A stretch of DNA of 64,000 bases, taken from contig CAVVUX010000002.1 in assembly GCA_963751575.1 (NCBI GenBank), forward strand, positions 367,984-431,983, in the 5' to 3' direction. This stretch comes from an uncultured Chloroflexia bacterium. Lineage in GTDB: Bacteria > Chloroflexota > Anaerolineae > Anaerolineales > UBA11858. Positions 62,901-64,000 of the stretch are shown here, piece after piece. Each line of letters begins with the position of its first letter. The first letter of the stretch is position 1. The position numbers and the translations under genes are program-made. Under the pieces are notes generated by a model that was given only the letters and a program-made list of their open reading frames with translations, ran no database searches and was not told the origin of the DNA.

Positions 62901-62903
62901 ATC

Positions 62904-63458
62904 CTATATTATTTCTTGTCTGGGGATTGGATTGGATTCAAGAGAAAATTGCCAGGCGCAATAAAAGTCTGCGGGATGTGGATCAGGGGGACAACAAATA
63001 AGTTTGGTTCTGATTCGATCATCGATGGTGTAAGCGAAGTAAGCATATTCAACGATGCCAACTGATTTGCAGGGAAAATCATCCAAACCCTTCCGTTTGC
63101 GTGCACTTTGAACTCGGCAATCATTCATCTCGAATCTAAGTGTGTTTTGATCAATCTCGATCAGTGTCTGTTCATTAATCCTGGCATAGAGGCGAAATTG
63201 CAGGGCTTGTTTCAATGCTTGGATACCACCCCCGGGCTGAATATCAAGACGATTCATAATCCTCTTTGCTTCGATCTGTGTAAAATGCATCCAGGCCTCT
63301 GTATCGAGCGCGATCGCTTTTTCCATTCCATATTGGTTCTCTACTGCCTGGAACCACAAACCATCATGAGCCAACCAGTTTTTTGCCTGGTCTTCCAGCA
63401 GATCAATTAACGTTTCCTTTGATAATGATTTCAGGATTTCTCTGTCAGACATAGTCAC
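62904..63458 (-). CDS. hypothetical cytosolic protein (conserved-looking, function unknown)
   Basis: 184-aa ORF with good coding appearance (WLAHDGLWFQAVENQYG..., C-terminal CPPDPHP). I cannot assign a family with confidence. Confidence 0.5.
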   Translation of the reverse strand: MTMSDREILKSLSKETLIDLLEDQAKNWLAHDGLWFQAVENQYGMEKAIALDTEAWMHFTQIEAKRIMNRLDIQPGGGIQALKQALQFRLYARINEQTLIEIDQNTLRFEMNDCRVQSARKRKGLDDFPCKSVGIVEYAYFAYTIDDRIRTKLICCPPDPHPADFYCAWQFSLESNPIPRQEII

Positions 63459-63467
63459 CTCGTAATC

Positions 63468-64000
63468 TCAGACCCGCATGATTGATTGTACATTATCAAC
63501 AGTCGAAGTTAATGAATGGATCCAGCGATTAGACAAGACGCGTTTTAGGCCTAAGGCAGCAGTGACAATCTCCTGAACCAGGACCATGGGATAAACCAAG
63601 TAGATCGGTAAATGAAAAACAAAGGCTCCCAGTAAGGCAAGCGGCACACCGATCAACCAAACCATTCCTGCGTCGACAATAAAGGCAAAGCGGGTATCAC
63701 CTCCACTGCGCAGGATCCCTACTAAAATGATTAAATTTATGGATCTCACAGGAAGGGATATAGCCATGGCGATCAGGATCCGATAGGTATATTGAATTGT
63801 CTCAGCAGATACCTTATAAAGGGATAGCAAAGGAGTGGCAAAAACTAGCATGATCGCCCCCAGCATGATTGCGCCAAAAACTCCCAGAATCAGAAATTTC
63901 CTGCTGTACTCTATAGCCAGATCATTCTCGTCAGCACCAATCCGATTCCCGAGCATGATCGCGCAGGCATTGCCTAACCCGATGAAAACCACAAATATGA
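63468..64000 (-). CDS. MATE-family efflux transporter, C-terminal part (5' end beyond window)
   Basis: Highly hydrophobic multi-TM sequence with MATE-like blocks (GLGNACAIMLGNRIGA, ILRSGGDTRFAFIVD). The reading frame is open to the window edge. Confidence 0.65.
   Translation of the reverse strand, partial: IFVVFIGLGNACAIMLGNRIGADENDLAIEYSRKFLILGVFGAIMLGAIMLVFATPLLSLYKVSAETIQYTYRILIAMAISLPVRSINLIILVGILRSGGDTRFAFIVDAGMVWLIGVPLALLGAFVFHLPIYLVYPMVLVQEIVTAALGLKRVLSNRWIHSLTSTVDNVQSIMRV

Overview
The window looks like bacterial chromosome. I saw no rRNA, tRNA, CRISPR array, transposase or integrase. All product names come from motif and family recognition by eye, and no database search was possible.

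Layout:
- (i) 1-7.4 kb, housekeeping: a partial GAF-GAF-PAS histidine kinase on the minus strand, then holB, pcrA/uvrD, tsaE, tsaB and a family-4 uracil-DNA glycosylase. The kinase is absent from the supplied ORF track because it has no stop codon inside the window.
- (ii) 7.5-53.6 kb: one very large (~46 kb), almost entirely plus-strand surface-glycan locus.
- (iii) 53.7-58.8 kb: a colinear panB-panE-panC-panD-coaX-coaBC operon.
- (iv) 58.9-64 kb: a Cys-rich Fe-S protein, an alpha-glucan phosphorylase, a UPF0316-like membrane protein, then a convergent hypothetical gene and a partial MATE transporter.

Contents of the glycan locus:
- Export and chain control: a Wzm/Wzt ABC exporter (Wzt carries an extra C-terminal domain), a Wzz-like protein and an O-antigen-ligase/polymerase-like protein.
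- Sugar precursors: a formyltransferase/SDR/DegT aminotransferase trio plus rmlB, and gmd-fcl for GDP-fucose.
- Transferases: several GT2/GT4 enzymes and three GT-C-like membrane proteins.
- Regulation: a MarR-like regulator.
- Sulfation: a Sat-CysC PAPS synthase and four sulfotransferases.
- Nonulosonic acid: a neuA / HAD-phosphatase / neuB module, a second cytidylyltransferase module, and two candidate ulosonic-acid transferases (KpsS/C-like and CstII/Maf-like).
- Other: a polysaccharide deacetylase.

Main observations:
1. The locus is predicted to make a sulfated, nonulosonic-acid-containing, ABC-exported polysaccharide.
2. About 35 reading-frame disruptions fall in only ~15 genes of this locus, while roughly 40 kb of other genes are intact.
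3. A shared 27-bp palindromic box overlaps the -10 element of both the wzm promoter and the MarR-like regulator promoter.
4. An intergenic array of five helically phased TTATC-core repeats includes a perfect DnaA-box sequence.
5. An AT-rich methyltransferase cassette sits between a truncated and a full-length paralog of the same membrane-protein gene.
6. GATC is strongly over-represented across the window, except in that cassette.
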